Of a stretch of 64,000 bases of DNA, positions 14,241 to 24,932 are shown in pieces. This DNA comes from Prorocentrum cordatum. Its lineage: Eukaryota. The stretch lies in contig CAUYUJ010000114.1 in assembly GCA_963575745.1 (NCBI GenBank), positions 992,001-1,056,000 on the forward strand, written 5' to 3'. Every line of letters begins with the position of its first letter. Position 1 is the stretch's first letter. The notes under the pieces were generated by a model. That model ran no database searches. It saw nothing but the letters and a program-made list of their open reading frames with translations, and was not told the DNA's origin. Both the position numbers and the translations under genes were made by a program.

Positions 14241-14763
14241 CGCAGGGGCTAGGGTCGAGCAGTGGCGAAGCGTTCCGGTTCGCTTATAGCCCTACCAACC
14301 AATGTTCTAAGAATTTGTTGCGGTTTCCACGAAATGTTCTTAGAACATGTCTGGTTGGGATTGTCTTGTTTTAACACATCGGATGGGCCCCCCTCTCCCC
14401 CCACCGAATGGGCGTTCCCCGTCGTGGAAAATTTGGCCGCGCGCGTCACCAGGTCCTCCCGACAGAGGGGCATCCCCAGGCGTGGGAAGATCTGTCCCGG
14501 GCTGGTCGGAGGTCCCGTTCGATCTCCAGGTTAGAGAGAGTCAAGGCGGCCTCGACGGCTTCGCGACTGATCGTCGCAGTCACAGGCGTAGCGAGCGCTG
14601 CCAGCGCTGCCCTTTCCTCAGGGTTCAGGAGGAAAATCAACACAGACACAATTCATCGTCGACTCCCCAGGAAAATACAGGAAAATATGGGAAGTGGTGG
14701 GGAAGACAAAAACCCAGAACATATGGGGAAGATATGGGGAATCCTGCTATTTGTGTCTATTTG

Positions 14764-15556
14764 CACAGGGGTACCATAGTTTTGACCATAAGGCGTCAGC
14801 CTTCCGACCACCCCCCATCCCCCAGTAGAATCTTAGCGACAGGTTTTCGGTCGGGCAGCGGTCCGAAGCCGATGGGCTCGTACCCCGTAAGAATATATTC
14901 CAGATTTCGTAATGAAAGGGAGGGGGTCTGGACCCTCCAAGACAAGCCATTTCAGACCTCCCCCGTGGGAGAACCCTCCAAAACATCGTCCCCAGACCCC
15001 TCAGGCCCTCCAAGATAGCCTGGAAGAGACCCCCCCCGAAATGAGACCCCCCTCCCTTTATTACGAAATCTGGAGTAATAATGTATCTTTAAAACGGTGT
15101 GATAATCGCTCCGTCCTACTAAAAATAGGCCGGGAAATCATTCCGACTTGGACCCACTCGCACTGGAATCACTCCGCACAGACAGAGTCAAGTTTCTCTT
15201 AGGATTTGAGTCGTCGCCCCAAAGAAAGCGCACCCGCGCGTTTCCGCATCGGTTTGAATGTTTCATTTTGCGTTCTTTATCCAAGTAGACATCCGCTACG
15301 GGCGCGCGATGACCCCTCCTGGGGCCTTCGGGCCCCAGGAGGGGTCATCACGCGCCTTCGGCGGATGCGTGGCGCTCGGCATCCTTATCCAACGCGGTTG
15401 CTCCTGCTTCACTGGTTGGTCATCCGATCTCAGAGAGCTCAAGGAAGTTGGGGGGCCCGCATCGGGGCATGTCTGTTTCCTCCTCCGTCGTCGGCGGCAC
15501 GCGGCACCAGCGAGGCAATTCTCCACCGATGGTCAAAAACTCTAGTACCCGACAAG
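14764..15556 (+). mobile_element. Solo diverged copy of the TIR-bounded unit of the 20218-24894 element
   Basis: Left end GGGGTACCATAGTTTTGACCAT, right end ATGGTCAAAAACTCTAGTACCC. The body is colinear with 20218-20731. TATTTG is duplicated at 14758-14763 and 15557-15562. Confidence 0.85.
14898..15075 (+). mobile_element. Tc1/mariner-type MITE, 178 bp, TA target duplication
   Basis: ~32-bp TIR (C/T)TCCAGATTTCGTAAT..AAAGGGAGGGGGTCT with TA on both flanks. An inverted copy lies at 34524-34702. Confidence 0.88.
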
Positions 15557-15649
15557 TATTTGTGTGTCCCAGGGCCCCTTCAAGGGTGACCTGGCCCGGG
15601 GCGGCAAAGAGGGGGGTGATGACTAGGGGGTGGGGGGGAGATCATGTCG

Positions 15650-15777
15650 CGGGCCATGATATTTCCCCAGATTTCATGGCGCCTCTTCTTATTTCAGTGC
15701 GTCCCTGGCCACCCCGCTTGGCCGCACACATGCCGCCGGTCATGATGTGCACCCCCCCCTCTTGGACACCCCCCTCT
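15650..15777 (+). repeat. Dispersed repeat, second copy at the window end
   Basis: GGGCCATGATATTT..CCAGATTTCATGGCGCCTCTT...CACATGCCGCCGGTCATGA also occurs at 63884-64000. Confidence 0.85.
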
Positions 15778-16334
15778 TGGCCGCCCCCGAGTAGCGAGAG
15801 CCGCCGGTGCTGCCCGTGCCACAGGGTGACTTGGGGGGGGCCGCCCCGGGCCCAGACTGCACGGCGGGCAGCGTCGGGCTGGGTTTTTTCGGGGCTCCCA
15901 GAGGGCCGATGCCGGGGCGGAGCCGGGTCCACAGCAGCCAGGTCGGACCAGGCCGAAGCACGCGCGTGCCCCCCAGACGTCTCAAGAGGCCCCCAAATAA
16001 ATGCCCTCCAAGGGTCATCCGCTCCTCCTTCTCCTGCACCTCCTCCTCCTCCTGCTCCTCCTCCTCCTCCTCCTCCGATTCCTCCTCGATACTCCCCCTC
16101 TCGGGGTACGACCTTTCACCCAGCCATTTATCCCATTGTATTCTCATCCAAATCCCTGATCAGGGCAACTCGTCTGGGCATCGCTTCTGGATGGGCTGGT
16201 GGGTCGGTCGGTCGGTCGACGACCTCGAGTGACTCAGTCTGCTGAGCTCTGCTGGGGGGATGGGGGCCACAATGGCAGCCTTCAGCCCAGACGCATGGGC
16301 TGCTGGGGGACAGGGGTTGTTTCTGCCACCTCAG

Positions 16335-16442
16335 GTCTGACGACAAGAAGGCGTGGTGCTGCGAGAACAAGCAGATGGGCTGTTCGACAACATCTTTGCC
16401 CTATGACTGCGAGGCTGGCTACTCGAACTGGGAGGCGGGCTG
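16335..16442 (+). CDS. 108-bp phase-2/2 exon: SDDKKAWCCENKQMGCSTTSLPYDCEAGYSNWEAG
   Basis: CAG| acceptor and TG|GT donor. Homologous to the exons at 26149 and 26406 with many synonymous differences. Confidence 0.85.
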
Positions 16443-17146
16443 GTCGCCGGGGGGCACCCTGGAAGCCGCGCGCGCGCGCTGCACGGGGAGGAGGTCGGCC
16501 GGTCGGTCGGTCGAGGACCTCGAGTGACTCAGTATGCTGAGCTGTGCCAGGGGTGTGCGGGCTACAAGGGCAACCCTCGGCCGAGAAACGTGGGCTGCCA
16601 GGTAGCCCACGGGGCCGGAGGCTCTTGCTGTCCTGGGAGGTGGGGAGGAGGGTCTCCTGGCAGGCTCGTGTTCTCCTGCCTCTGGGCGTTCCGGCGACCC
16701 GCGCCCGCACTCCCACGCTCCCACGCCCCTCCTGCTCCCAGCCTCTCGCTCCTCAGACGCCTCGGCCGCCTGCCGGCACCGGGCTGGGCCGCTGGAGGCT
16801 CTTGATCTCTCGTGGGAGGCTGGGATCGGGTGTTGCTAGAGGTGCCCCTGGCCCAAGGTACCCCCCAGGGTTCTCGGGGTGGCCGAGGCGGCCTCCCAGG
16901 CCCCCCCTCGCGAGGCCCAGAGGGTCTCGTGGGCTCCAGAACGGAGCGAGAAGCCCAGGGGAGCGAGAAGCCCAGGGGAGCGAAAGCCATGTTGCTAAGG
17001 GGGCACCTCCGGCCAGGGGCACCTCTGGCAACACCCGCTGGGGAGGGGGCCGGGGAGTGGGGCGGCCCGCGGGGCGCCTTCCTGAGGCACCCACGGCGAG
17101 GAGGCAGGCAGGGCGGCGGAGGGCCGCGTGGCCGAGTACCTCAAAG

Positions 17147-17302
17147 ATCGGGCCTGTCCCTCCACAGGAGGAATACTCAAACACAGTTTATAAAATAGCC
17201 TGGGGACTATTTTTGGGGGTATTTTTTTTGCCATGCTTGAGCATTTTTCTGGTATTTCTTATTCTTTGGTTGAAAATCCCCCAGTAGGGGGACACGCCCG
17301 AC
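17147..17302 (+). mobile_element. MITE, ~155 bp, TIR TCGGGCCTGTCCC
   Basis: Inverted ends TCGGGCCTGTCCC / GGGACACGCCCGA; homologous copy at 52990-53140. Confidence 0.75.
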
Positions 17303-17399
17303 TCAACAATTGCCCCGCCCGCACTTTTTGGAGGCGGCGGGCGCGGGCACGCCCCGAGTTGGTTGAGCGGCTGATCGGAGGGGCAACGCTTGGGGGATA

Positions 17400-17562
17400 C
17401 AGTGCCGTTTTTAATACATGCTCCGCGTGCGGATCATGTATTAAAAATGCAGGGGTTTAGTATTAAAAACAACGATGAGTTCATGCATAAATTTGTTCAT
17501 GAATTAAGCATGTATTTAAAATCCGATATTTTCAAAAATCCCATGTGTCAAAACCTGCCCTG
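17400..17562. mobile_element. Putative Tc1/mariner MITE with an internal AT-rich hairpin
   Basis: TA|CAGTGCCGTTTT ... AAAACCTGCCCTG|TA, with a palindrome at 17408-17447 (TTTTTAATACATG...CATGTATTAAAAA). Confidence 0.5.
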
Positions 17563-18212
17563 TATGGGCTCATGGGGGGAGCGCATCGACCCCCCGTCGC
17601 CCATGCATTGCCGATAGGGGCCATGTAGCTTGCCGCGCGCGGGAACGTGCAGCTTCGCTATCGGGGGCCCATCGCTGATCGATCGGCGGTTTCTGGCCGA
17701 TTCCAGCTCGATGTTTCCCCCCAGAGCTGCCACCCCCCATCGTTCCCCCTCGGTGCTGCGGGCAGCGCTTGGCAGATGAGTTACCGCGCCGGCCTCGAGG
17801 CGGGCACCTCAAGGCGGCGGCGTGAGACCCCAGACCGCGCGCTCTCACGCGCCCACACACGCACAAACACACTTTTCTTTTTTCTGTTGCGGCCTCGCGC
17901 GCAGCGACGAGGCGAAGTGTACGATGGCGACAGGGCCCCCAAGCACCATGCAGTCCTACCAGCATAAGCCATCAGGGCGTGGATAGCAGGGAGGATACAC
18001 GCAGCAATTTGGGAGATACCCTCAAGGAAGCATTTGGTATGGAGGACAGCATAAGCCATCCGGGCATGGAAGGCAGGGAGTGAGCGCGCAGGCCAAGGGG
18101 GTTGCCCCGACGGCGATCGTGAAGGACGAGGACGACGCCTGGCGGGGCCGAGCGAAGTGCAGTGCGCGCCAAAGGGCGACAACAAGGAGGCGTGCAGCGC
18201 CCTGAAAACCAA

Positions 18213-18810
<598 letters not shown>

Positions 18811-18899
18811 TGGGAGATCCCGGGCCCCGGGCCCCGGGCCGGAACCTCCCTTGTATATAGGGTGCGGCCCTCTCCCGGGGCGCCCTTCCGGCGGCCCCC

Positions 18900-19910
18900 G
18901 CGCGTTCCAGCCCGCCCAAGAGGGCTCCAGGAGCGCCGAGAGAACCCCAGGATCGCTTCAAGACCGCCAAAGATCGCTTCCAGAAGGGTCAAGAGGCGCT
19001 CAAACCGCCCCAAGAGGCCTTCAAGAGGCCCCCCACGAGCGCCCCGGGAGACCAAAATAGCCCCATTTCCTTCGTAAAACGTACATTTTTACGATATCAG
19101 CTCCCTTAGCTGTCGGAGCGGCCAGAAAACCCCACGAGGCGCCCAAGGACGCTCCAGGACGACTGAGGACAGCCCCAAGACGGCCCAGGAGGGCCTCCCG
19201 GGACGCTCCTCCGGCGGCCCCCGGGCTGCCCAGTCCGCCCAAGAAGGCTCCAAGAGCGCCGAGAGAAGCCCATAGGATCGCTTCAAGACCGCAAAGGATC
19301 GCTTCCAGAAGGGCCAAGAGGCCATCAAACCGCCCCAAGAGGCCTCCAAGAGGCCCCCCAAGAGCGCCCCGGGAGACCAAAATGGCCCCATTTCCTTCGT
19401 AAAACGTGCATTTTTACGATATCAGCTCCCTTGGCTGTCGGAGCGGTCCGAAAGCCCCACGAGGCGCCCTAGGATAGCCCGAAGACAGCCCTGGAAGGCC
19501 TCCCGGGACGCTCCTCGGGCGGCCCCCGGGCCTCCCAGTCCGCCAAAGAAGGCTCCAAGAGCGCCGAGAGAAGCCCAGGATCGCTTCAAGACCGCCAAAG
19601 ATCGCTTCCAGAAGGGACAAGAGGCCATCAAACCGCCCCAAGAGGCCTCCAAGAGGCCCCCCAAGAGCGCCCCGGGAAACCAAAATGGCCCCATTCCCTT
19701 CGTAAAACGTACATTTTTAGGATATATCATCCCTTGGCTGTCCGAGTTGTCAGACAGCCCCAGGAGGCGCCCAAGGACGCCCCAGGACGCCTGAGGACAG
19801 CGCTAAGAGGGCCTAGGAGGGCTTCCTGGGACGCTCCTCGGGCGGCCCCCGGGCCTCCCAGTCCGCCCAAGATGGCCCAAGAGACTTCCCGGTCGCCCCG
19901 AGAGGGCCCC
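18900..19910. repeat. Tandem repeat, ~300-330 bp unit, about 3 copies
   Basis: CCCCATT(T/C)CCTTCGTAAAACGT at ~19061, ~19387 and ~19689. Related degenerate sequence lies on the opposite strand near 43830-44100 and 48290-48440. Confidence 0.88.
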
Positions 19911-20782
19911 CGGAGCGCTCCGATACGGCCCAACATGGCCTCCATAGGTCTTTCTATGTTTTGAGGCCCAGAATGAGGCCCTCCAGATTTGGTCCGACGA
20001 TGTGGCGCGGCTCCAAGGGGGGGGGGCCTAATATTGCAGAACAATACAATATGTAGCATATGTAACAAGTATGCAATCGTTGGATACACTGGACACGTTG
20101 CATTAAAGCATCCGCGGACCTGCCTCTGGCAACACGTCATTTTCGGACGTAGATTTCCCGCGAATCGCCACGGAATCGGACCCGTTCTTGCGAACACCGT
20201 TTTCGGAGAAAACTAGACGGGGGTACTAAAAGTTTTGACCATAAGAACGTCATGCTCTCGACGCCCCCTGCCCCCCCGTAGAATCTTAGCGACATGTTTT
20301 GGGTCGGGCGGCGGTTCGACTCCGATGGGCTCTCACCCTGTAAGAATATAATAATATATATTTAAAACAGGGTGATAATTACTCCGTCCCATTTAAAATA
20401 GGGCCGGAAAACACTCCGACTTGAACCCATTCACAGTAAACCACTCCGCTTGGGTCACGTTTGATCGTCCGTGTCATCATCCCCATCGACCCTGTCCTTA
20501 TCATGCCAACGCGATGTTTCATTGTATTCCTTGTTGCGTTGATGCTGTGAGACCCTGGGCATCCTTCTCCAATGCGGTCGCTCTCGGTTCACTGGTTGGC
20601 CGTCCCAGAGGGCCCACAAAGGCTCGCGAATCCGCATCGAGGCACCTTTGCATCCTGATCGGTCCGCCGCGGCACGCGTGACCAGCGAGGCAATTCTCAT
20701 CTTATGGTCAAAAACTTTAGTACCCCCGAAGGGCAACATGGGTTCTCGCCGCCGCCAATCATCATCGTCATCTCCATCATCT

Positions 20783-20803
20783 TTGCAGCCGCTTTGGCTC
20801 AAG
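20783..20803 (+). other. Relict dinoflagellate spliced-leader-like sequence
   Basis: TTGCAGCCGCTTTGGCTCAAG versus DinoSL CCGTAGCCATTTTGGCTCAAG. The last 11 nt are identical and it ends 31 nt before the ATG at 20835. Confidence 0.75.
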
Positions 20804-20834
20804 ACCTTAGCAAGGATTTGCTCTGCTGTTGGTC

Positions 20835-21236
20835 ATGGGGTTGACAGGCGCAGTGCAAGCCCGGAGGGCTTTGGTGAAGTTGCTCCTCACGGTTGCTGCG
20901 GCGTACTCGGTTGTGGTTCGCCTCCACAGGGACTCCCAGGACAGCGAGGTGATCGCAGCCTTTCGAAAGGTGCTCCGCAAGGCGCACCCGGACAAGGGCG
21001 GGGCAGACGAGCACACGAAGCAGCTGAACGCCGCGAAGGAGCGTCGTGAAGAGCAAGATGGCACAGTCCGTGGGGGCGGCGCAGGCGAAGCTGATGAAGC
21101 GCGTCTGCAGGGAAGTGGTGCGCAAAAAGGGCGCGGCCACGGGCTTCTGAAGCGGGCCAAGCCCCGAGCCGCATTGGGGCGCGTTCACACAGGTGGAACA
21201 ACTCAAAATCAGCGTCGGCGTTTGCCGCGCGGGTGA
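20835..21236 (+). pseudogene. N-terminal J-domain ORF truncated by internal deletion
   Basis: ...DSEVIAAFRKVLRKAHPDKGGADEHTKQLNAAKE has helix II, HPD and helix III of a J-domain. It then joins out of frame to the DDE-like C-terminal segment. Confidence 0.8.
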
Positions 21237-21754
21237 GCACTCCATCTGCCCTGGCCGTTGGCCGTGCAGGTGAGAAAAGTCCGCGCGGGGGGTACTATAG
21301 TTTTGACCATAAGACGTCATGCTCTCGACGCCCCCTGCCCCCCCCGTAGAATCTTAGCGACATATTTTGGGTCGGGCGGCGGTTCGACTCCGATGGGTTC
21401 TCACCCTGTAAGAATATAATAATATATATTTAAAACAGGGTGATAATTACTCCGTCCCATTTAAAATAGGGCCGGAAAACACCCCGACTTGAACCCATTC
21501 ACAATAAACCACTCCGCTTGGGTCACGTTTGATCGTCCGTGTCATCATTCCCATCGACCCCTGTCCTTATCAATCCACGCGAGGTTTTTTGTATTTCCTT
21601 GTTGCGTTGATGCTGTGAGACCCTGGCACCTTCTCCATGCGTTCGCTCTCGGTTCACATGGCTGGGCCAGTCCCAGAGGGCCCACAAAGGGCCCTCGCGA
21701 ATCCGCATCAAGCACCTTTGCAGTGCATCCTGAAGTCGGTCCCCGCGCACGCGT

Positions 21755-21854
21755 NNNNNNNNNNNNNNNNNNNNNNNNNNNNNNNNNNNNNNNNNNNNNN
21801 NNNNNNNNNNNNNNNNNNNNNNNNNNNNNNNNNNNNNNNNNNNNNNNNNNNNNN
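21755..21854. other. Assembly gap (100 N)
   Basis: Run of N inside the array, so true copy number is unknown. Confidence 1.
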
Positions 21855-22552
21855 CCAAGCCCCCGGGCCGCATTGGCGCGTTCGCAGGTGGACAACTCAT
21901 CAGCGTCGGCTGTTTGCCGCGCGGGTGAGCACTCCATCTGCCCTGGCCGTTGGCCGTGCAGGTGAGAAAAGTCCGCACGGGGGGTACTATAGTTTTGACC
22001 ATAAGACGTCATGCTCTCGACGCCCCCTGCCCCCCCGTAGAATCTTAGCGACATATTTTGGGTCGGGCGGCGGTTCGACTCCGATGGGCTCTCACCCTGT
22101 AAGAATATAATAATAATATATATATATATATATAAAACAGGGTGATAATTACTCCGTCCCATTTACAATAGGGCCGGAAAACACTCCGACTTGAACCCAT
22201 TCACAGTAAACCACTCCGTTTAGGTCACGTTTGATCGTCCGTGTCATCATCCCCATCGACCCTGTCCTTATCATGCCAACGCGATGTTTCATTGTATTCC
22301 TTGTTGCATTGATGCTGTGAGACCCTGGGCATCCTTCTCCAATGCGGTCGCTCTCGGTTCACTGGTTGGCTGTCCCAGAGGGACCACAAAGGCTCGCGAA
22401 TCCGCATCAAGGCACCTTTGCATCCTGATCGGTCCTCCGCGGCACGCGTGACCAGCGAGGCAATTCTCATCTTATGGTCAAAAACTTTAGTACCCCCGAA
22501 GGGCAACATGGGTTCTCGCCGCCGCCAATCATCATCGTCATCTCCATCATCT

Positions 22553-22573
22553 TTGCAGCCGCTTTGGCTCAAG
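22553..22573 (+). other. Second relict spliced-leader-like copy
   Basis: Identical to 20783-20803; the downstream start codon is mutated to ACG. Confidence 0.75.
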
Positions 22574-22692
22574 ACCTTAGCAAGGATTTGCTCTGCTGTT
22601 GGTCACGGGGTTGACTGGCGTAGTGCAAGCCCGGAGGGCTTTGGTGAAGTTGCTCCTCACGGCTGCTGCGGCGTACTCGGTTGTGGTTCGCG

Positions 22693-22920
22693 AGCCCCGC
22701 AGAGCGGTGCTGGTTTTGGCTGCGTCGGAAGCTGCGGCTCATGGACTTGGACGACGCCGTGAAGAAGCGGCCCGTGCTGGGGAAGACGGTGTACAGGGCG
22801 CGGGTTCGGAGCGTCGTGAAGAGCAAGAAGGCACAGTCCGTGGGGGCGGCGCAGGCGAAGCTGACGAAGCGCGTCTGCAGGGAAATGGCGCGCAAGAAGG
22901 GCGCGGCCACGGGCTTCTGA
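22693..22920 (+). pseudogene. C-terminal fragment of an IS630/Tc1-like DDE transposase
   Basis: SPAERCWFWLRRKLR resembles the (SPDL)NPIE.xW..LK motif carrying the last catalytic residue. A basic helical tail follows and ends KKGAATGF*. Confidence 0.6.
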
Positions 22921-23270
22921 GCGGGCCAAGCCCCCGGGCCGCATTGGCGCGTTCACAGGTGGACAACTCATCAGCGTCGGCCGTTTGCCGCGCGGGTGAG
23001 CACTCCATCTGCCCTGGCCGTTGGCCGCGCAGGTGAGAAAAGTCCGCACGGGGGGTACTATAGTTTGACCATAAGACGTCATGCTCTCGACGCCCCCTGC
23101 CCCCCCGTAGAATCTTAGCGACATGTTTTGGGTCGGGCGGCGGTTCGACTCCGATGGGCTCTCACCCTGTAAGAATATAATAATATATATTTAAAACAGG
23201 GTGATAATTACTCCGTCCCATTTAAAATAGGGCCGGAAAACACTAGCAAGGATTTGCTCTGCTGTTGGTC

Positions 23271-23702
23271 ATGGGGTTGACTGGCGCAGTGCAAGCCCGG
23301 AGGGCTTTGGTGAAGTTGCTCCTCACGGTTGCCGCGGCGTACTCGGTTGTGGTTCGCCTCCACAGGGGCTCCCAGGACAGCGAGGTGATCGCAGCCTTTC
23401 GAAAGGTGCTCTGCAAGGCGCACCCGGACAAGGGCGGGGCAGACGAGCACACGAAGCAGCTGAACGCCGCGAAGGAGCGTCGTGAAGAGCAAGAAGGCAC
23501 AGTCCGTGGGGGCGGCGCAGGCGAAGCTGATGAAGCGCGTCTGCAGGGAAGTGGTGCGCAAGAAGGGCGCGGCCACGGGCTTCTGAGCGGGCCAAGCCCC
23601 CGGGCCGCATTGGCGCGTTCACAGGTGGACAACTCATCAGCGTCGGCCGTTTGCCGCGCGGGCGAGCACTCCATCTGCCCTGGCCGTTGGCCGCGCAGGT
23701 GA
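23271..23702 (+). pseudogene. J-domain ORF copy (deleted derivative)
   Basis: AFRKVLCKAHPDKGG; near-identical to the 20835 copy. Confidence 0.8.
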
Positions 23703-23937
23703 GAAAAGTCCGCACGGGGGGTACTATAGTTTTGACCATAAGACGTCATGCTGTCGACGCCCCCTGCCCCCCCGTAGAATCTTAGCGACATGTTTTGGGT
23801 CGGGCGGCGGTTCGACTCCGATGGGCTCTCACCCTGTAAGAATATAATAATATATATTTAAAACAGGGTGATAATTACTCCGTCCCATTTAAAATAGGGC
23901 CGGAAAACACTAGCAAGGATTTGCTCTGCTGTTGGTC

Positions 23938-24369
23938 ATGGGGTTGACTGGCGCAGTGCAAGCCCGGAGGGCTTTGGTGAAGTTGCTCCTCACGGTTGCT
24001 GCGGCGTACTCGGTTGTGGTTCGCCTCCACAGGGACTCCCAGGACAGCGAGGTGATCGCAGCCTTTCGAAAGGTGCTCCGCAAGGCGCACCCGGACAAGG
24101 GCGGGGCAGACGAGCACACGAAGCAGCTGAACGCCGCGAAGGAGCGTCGTGAAGAGCAAGAAGGCACAGTCCGTGGGGGCGGCGCAGGCGAAGCTGATGA
24201 AGCGCGTCTGCAGGGAAGTGGTGCGCAAGAAGGGCGCGGCCACGGGCTTCTGAGCGGGCCAAGCCCCCGGGCCGCATTGGCGCGTTCACAGGTGGACAAC
24301 TCATCAGCGTCGGCCGTTTGCCGCGCGGGCGAGCACTCCATCTGCCCTGGCCGTTGGCCGTGCAGGTGA
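23938..24369 (+). pseudogene. J-domain ORF copy (deleted derivative)
   Basis: AFRKVLRKAHPDKGG; exactly 667 bp after the previous copy. Confidence 0.8.
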
Positions 24370-24894
24370 GAAAAGTCCGCGCGGGGGGTACTATAGTTTT
24401 GACCATAAGACGTCATGCTCTCGACGCCCCCTGCCCCCCCGTAGAATCTTAGCGACATGTTTTGGGTCGGGCGGCGGTTCGACTCCGATGGGCTCTCACC
24501 CTGTAAGAATATAATAATATATATTTAAAACAGGGTGATAATTACTCCGTCCCATTTAAAATAGGGCCGGAAAACACTCCGACTTGAACCCATTCACAGT
24601 AAACCACTCCGCTTGGGTCACGTTTGATCGTCCGTGTCATCATCCCCATCGACCCTGTCCTTATCATGCCAACGCGATGTTTCATTGTATTCCTTGTTGC
24701 GTTGATGCTGTGAGACCCTGGGCATCCTTCTCCAATGCGGTCGCTCTCGGTTCACTGGTTGGCCGTCCCAGAGGGCCCACAAAGGCTCGCGAATCCGCAT
24801 CAAGGCACCTTTGCATCCTGATCGGTCCGCCGCGGCACGCGTGACCAGCGAGGCAATTCTCATCTTATGGTCAAAAACTTTAGTACCCCCGAAG

Positions 24895-24932
24895 TAGAAC
24901 CTAAGCGCGCGCGAAGCGCGCGCGTGGTTCTA
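24895..24932 (+). other. GC hairpin with GAA loop, resembling a Helitron-type 3' end
   Basis: TAGAACC-TAA-GCGCGCGC-GAA-GCGCGCGC-GT-GGTTCTA, followed by (TA)n. Confidence 0.55.

Larger units (their letters stand above)
14630..15583 (+). mobile_element. Family S element split by a nested insertion
   Basis: The 5' part ends ...GTCTATTTG at 14763 and resumes TATTTGTGTGTCCCAGGGCCCCTT at 15557. Confidence 0.8.
20218..24894 (+). mobile_element. Tandem/composite DNA element: direct ~510-bp TIR-bounded units alternating with deleted J-domain/DDE cargo
   Basis: Left TIR CGGGGG(G)TACTA(A/T)AGTTTTGACCATAAGA at 20218, 21286, 21978, 23049, 23715 and 24382. Right TIR TCTTATGGTCAAAAACTTTAGTACCCCCG plus AAG ends at 20731, 22501 and 24894. 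TAGA flanks the whole array (20214-20217 and 24895-24898). Confidence 0.88.

Noticed and set aside
20835..24369. Tandem array of host DnaJ chaperone genes
   Set aside because: The ORFs are deletion chimeras embedded between TIR units, and the sequence after the J-domain is an out-of-frame transposase-like tail.
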